From the NCBI GenBank assembly GCA_020536535.1, contig JAHLWZ010000813.1, forward strand, positions 1 to 64,000: a DNA stretch of 64,000 nt, given 5' to 3'. Source of the stretch: Pelomyxa schiedti (Eukaryota > Protista > Evosea). Shown here in pieces: positions 62,524-64,000 of the stretch. How positions within the stretch are numbered: the first letter of the stretch is position 1; each line of letters begins with the position of its first letter. Position numbers and translations under genes: made by a program. Below the pieces are notes generated by a model, which had not been told where the DNA came from, did not search any database, and saw only the letters and a program-made list of their open reading frames with translations.

Positions 62524-64000
62524 TCAAAGCTTTTTGCCGACGGCGAACCACCTCGGAACTTTCTTAGTCGGAGGGATCCCTGTGGGAAAGTGTAAGTAGC
62601 GTAAGAGAAAAGTGTTGTGAGTACCCGGAAGTTCTTCAACTTCATGATTAGCAATGGGCCCAACGTGAACTTGCTTGTTACATCGTGCACAGAGGTGGGC
62701 GTAGCAGCTCTCACACCAGAGGGTTGCTTCTTGGGTGGTGCAGTTCAAGCAACGCTTTACCGCCGGATCAGTGGAGGCGGTGATGCTCCTGGCAGAGGCA
62801 TTCGAAGTCGATGCAGATGGTAGTGGTGTGTGTGTGGAAACAAAATGCTGAGCAACTTGCGCATCGTAGCTCCAATTTGGGGGTAGTTTCTCTCTGACAT
62901 TGGACATCAAGTCCTCCCTTAGAAACGGATGTGATACCACTGATTTATAATTAGCCTTTGTCAGGAAGATGAAATCTTGCTTACAAGAAGGATTTTTCCA
63001 TTTGAAATGAATCAAGGCCGATGGAACAAGGCCACGCTTTATCAAGTTACATTCTGGATCTCCTAGTTGTTCCACAGGAGGTGAGGTAACTGAGATGTTG
63101 TGAGCTATTTCCGTTATTTCATTGACATAGCATACAGAGGATAAACGGATGTTCAGGGTGAGCTAAACAAGTCTGTACAAATTCGAATATTGATTGCACG
63201 TTGGCTCGTGGATGAAATGCCCGTTCTATTTCAATGCGATCAGGGAATCGGACACGTATTTTGGCCTGGATGCCCATAAAAAAAAAATGCTTCAGAGTCC
63301 GAGTACCTTGTCAAACTGACTCCATTTTCTCATTTCCTCCCTTTCCCGTATCTCTCTTGTTTTGAGAACTGCACGGTCAGCTTCTGCTTCCCTGCGGGAC
63401 ATCAGTTCATGTTCACGAATGCTATTGAGATCTTCCGCTGTGATTTCATAGAATGCTTCAGGGATCTCCACTTTTTGTGTTCTTGTGATTAGCTTATGCA
63501 TGAAAACAGGCGGTTCGGTTAGTGACAACTTACAAGCAGAAGGGTTGAATGGTGTATCACATGGTGGGTAAACAGAAACAGTTTTGTCACCTTCAGGTAG
63601 ATCAAAAACAATAGGCTCGGAAATCCCCTATCAACATAACAAATTTATAGAAGGGAATGTCCTACAAACCGACGAGGCTGTGTCTTTTGCAGAAATTTTA
63701 GGTGCCTTTTCATGATGTTAAAAAAAAGGACAAAAGATATCGGCAGTAAGTCACCATGCTGCCAGAATTTCTAAGAGAATTTTGCTGAGCCTCTTGAAAT
63801 ATGCGAAGCTGTTCGGCATCACTGTTTGGATGGTCAATGCTTCTTCAAAGTTCATATGTGTACCGGGCAGCTTGGTCTGCAGCAAGCATCATTTCATAAT
63901 CCCTTCTTTGAATTTCTAGTCGAGTTGCACGCTGCCTGGCCAGTTCAGCTTGGAAAGCCTCACTCTCAGCCTGCTTACGTCTTGCCTCACCTTCAGCTTG
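62524..64000 (-). CDS. TUG/ASPSCR1-like UBX-domain p97 adaptor with B-box (5' partial)
   Basis: EIPEAFYEITAEDL, LKTREIRE, VRFPDR and GLVPSALIHF; B-box CLNC..WCESC..HLCARCNKQVH..H; terminal KKVPRWF. Confidence 0.75.

Overview
Compact, intron-rich eukaryotic genomic DNA (short, mostly GT-AG introns of roughly 40-100 nt; GC/CpG-rich first exons). The organism is probably an archamoeba such as Pelomyxa; this is an inference from two copies of a lineage-expanded ankyrin-like family and was not confirmed by search. About 25 protein-coding genes can be reconstructed. They include a PsuG-PsuK fusion, TAF1, QDPR, a CorA fusion, a CUE-ART protein, a ThrE exporter, a Frag1/DRAM protein, a PH-AGC pseudokinase, a Mei2-like RRM protein, MBD4, a C2-Hsp70-lid chimera, a sirtuin, a methyltransferase, a Kelch-SAM-tyrosine kinase, a Zn-deaminase, an Nth-like glycosylase, an SLC13 transporter, an IQ protein, a CDC48-family AAA ATPase, an EGF/CUB receptor PDE and a TUG/UBX protein. 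The first 5 kb is a decayed zone with an ARF pseudogene and three near-perfect inverted repeats. The strongest lead is the deaminase at 44717-45596. Its HAE and PCxxC zinc motifs lie in different reading frames within one exon while both halves and their introns look intact, which makes it a candidate programmed +1 ribosomal frameshift at UGG CGU CUU CAA GGG G. No rRNA, tRNA, CRISPR array or intact transposon was recognised. Start codons and exon boundaries were inferred by eye.
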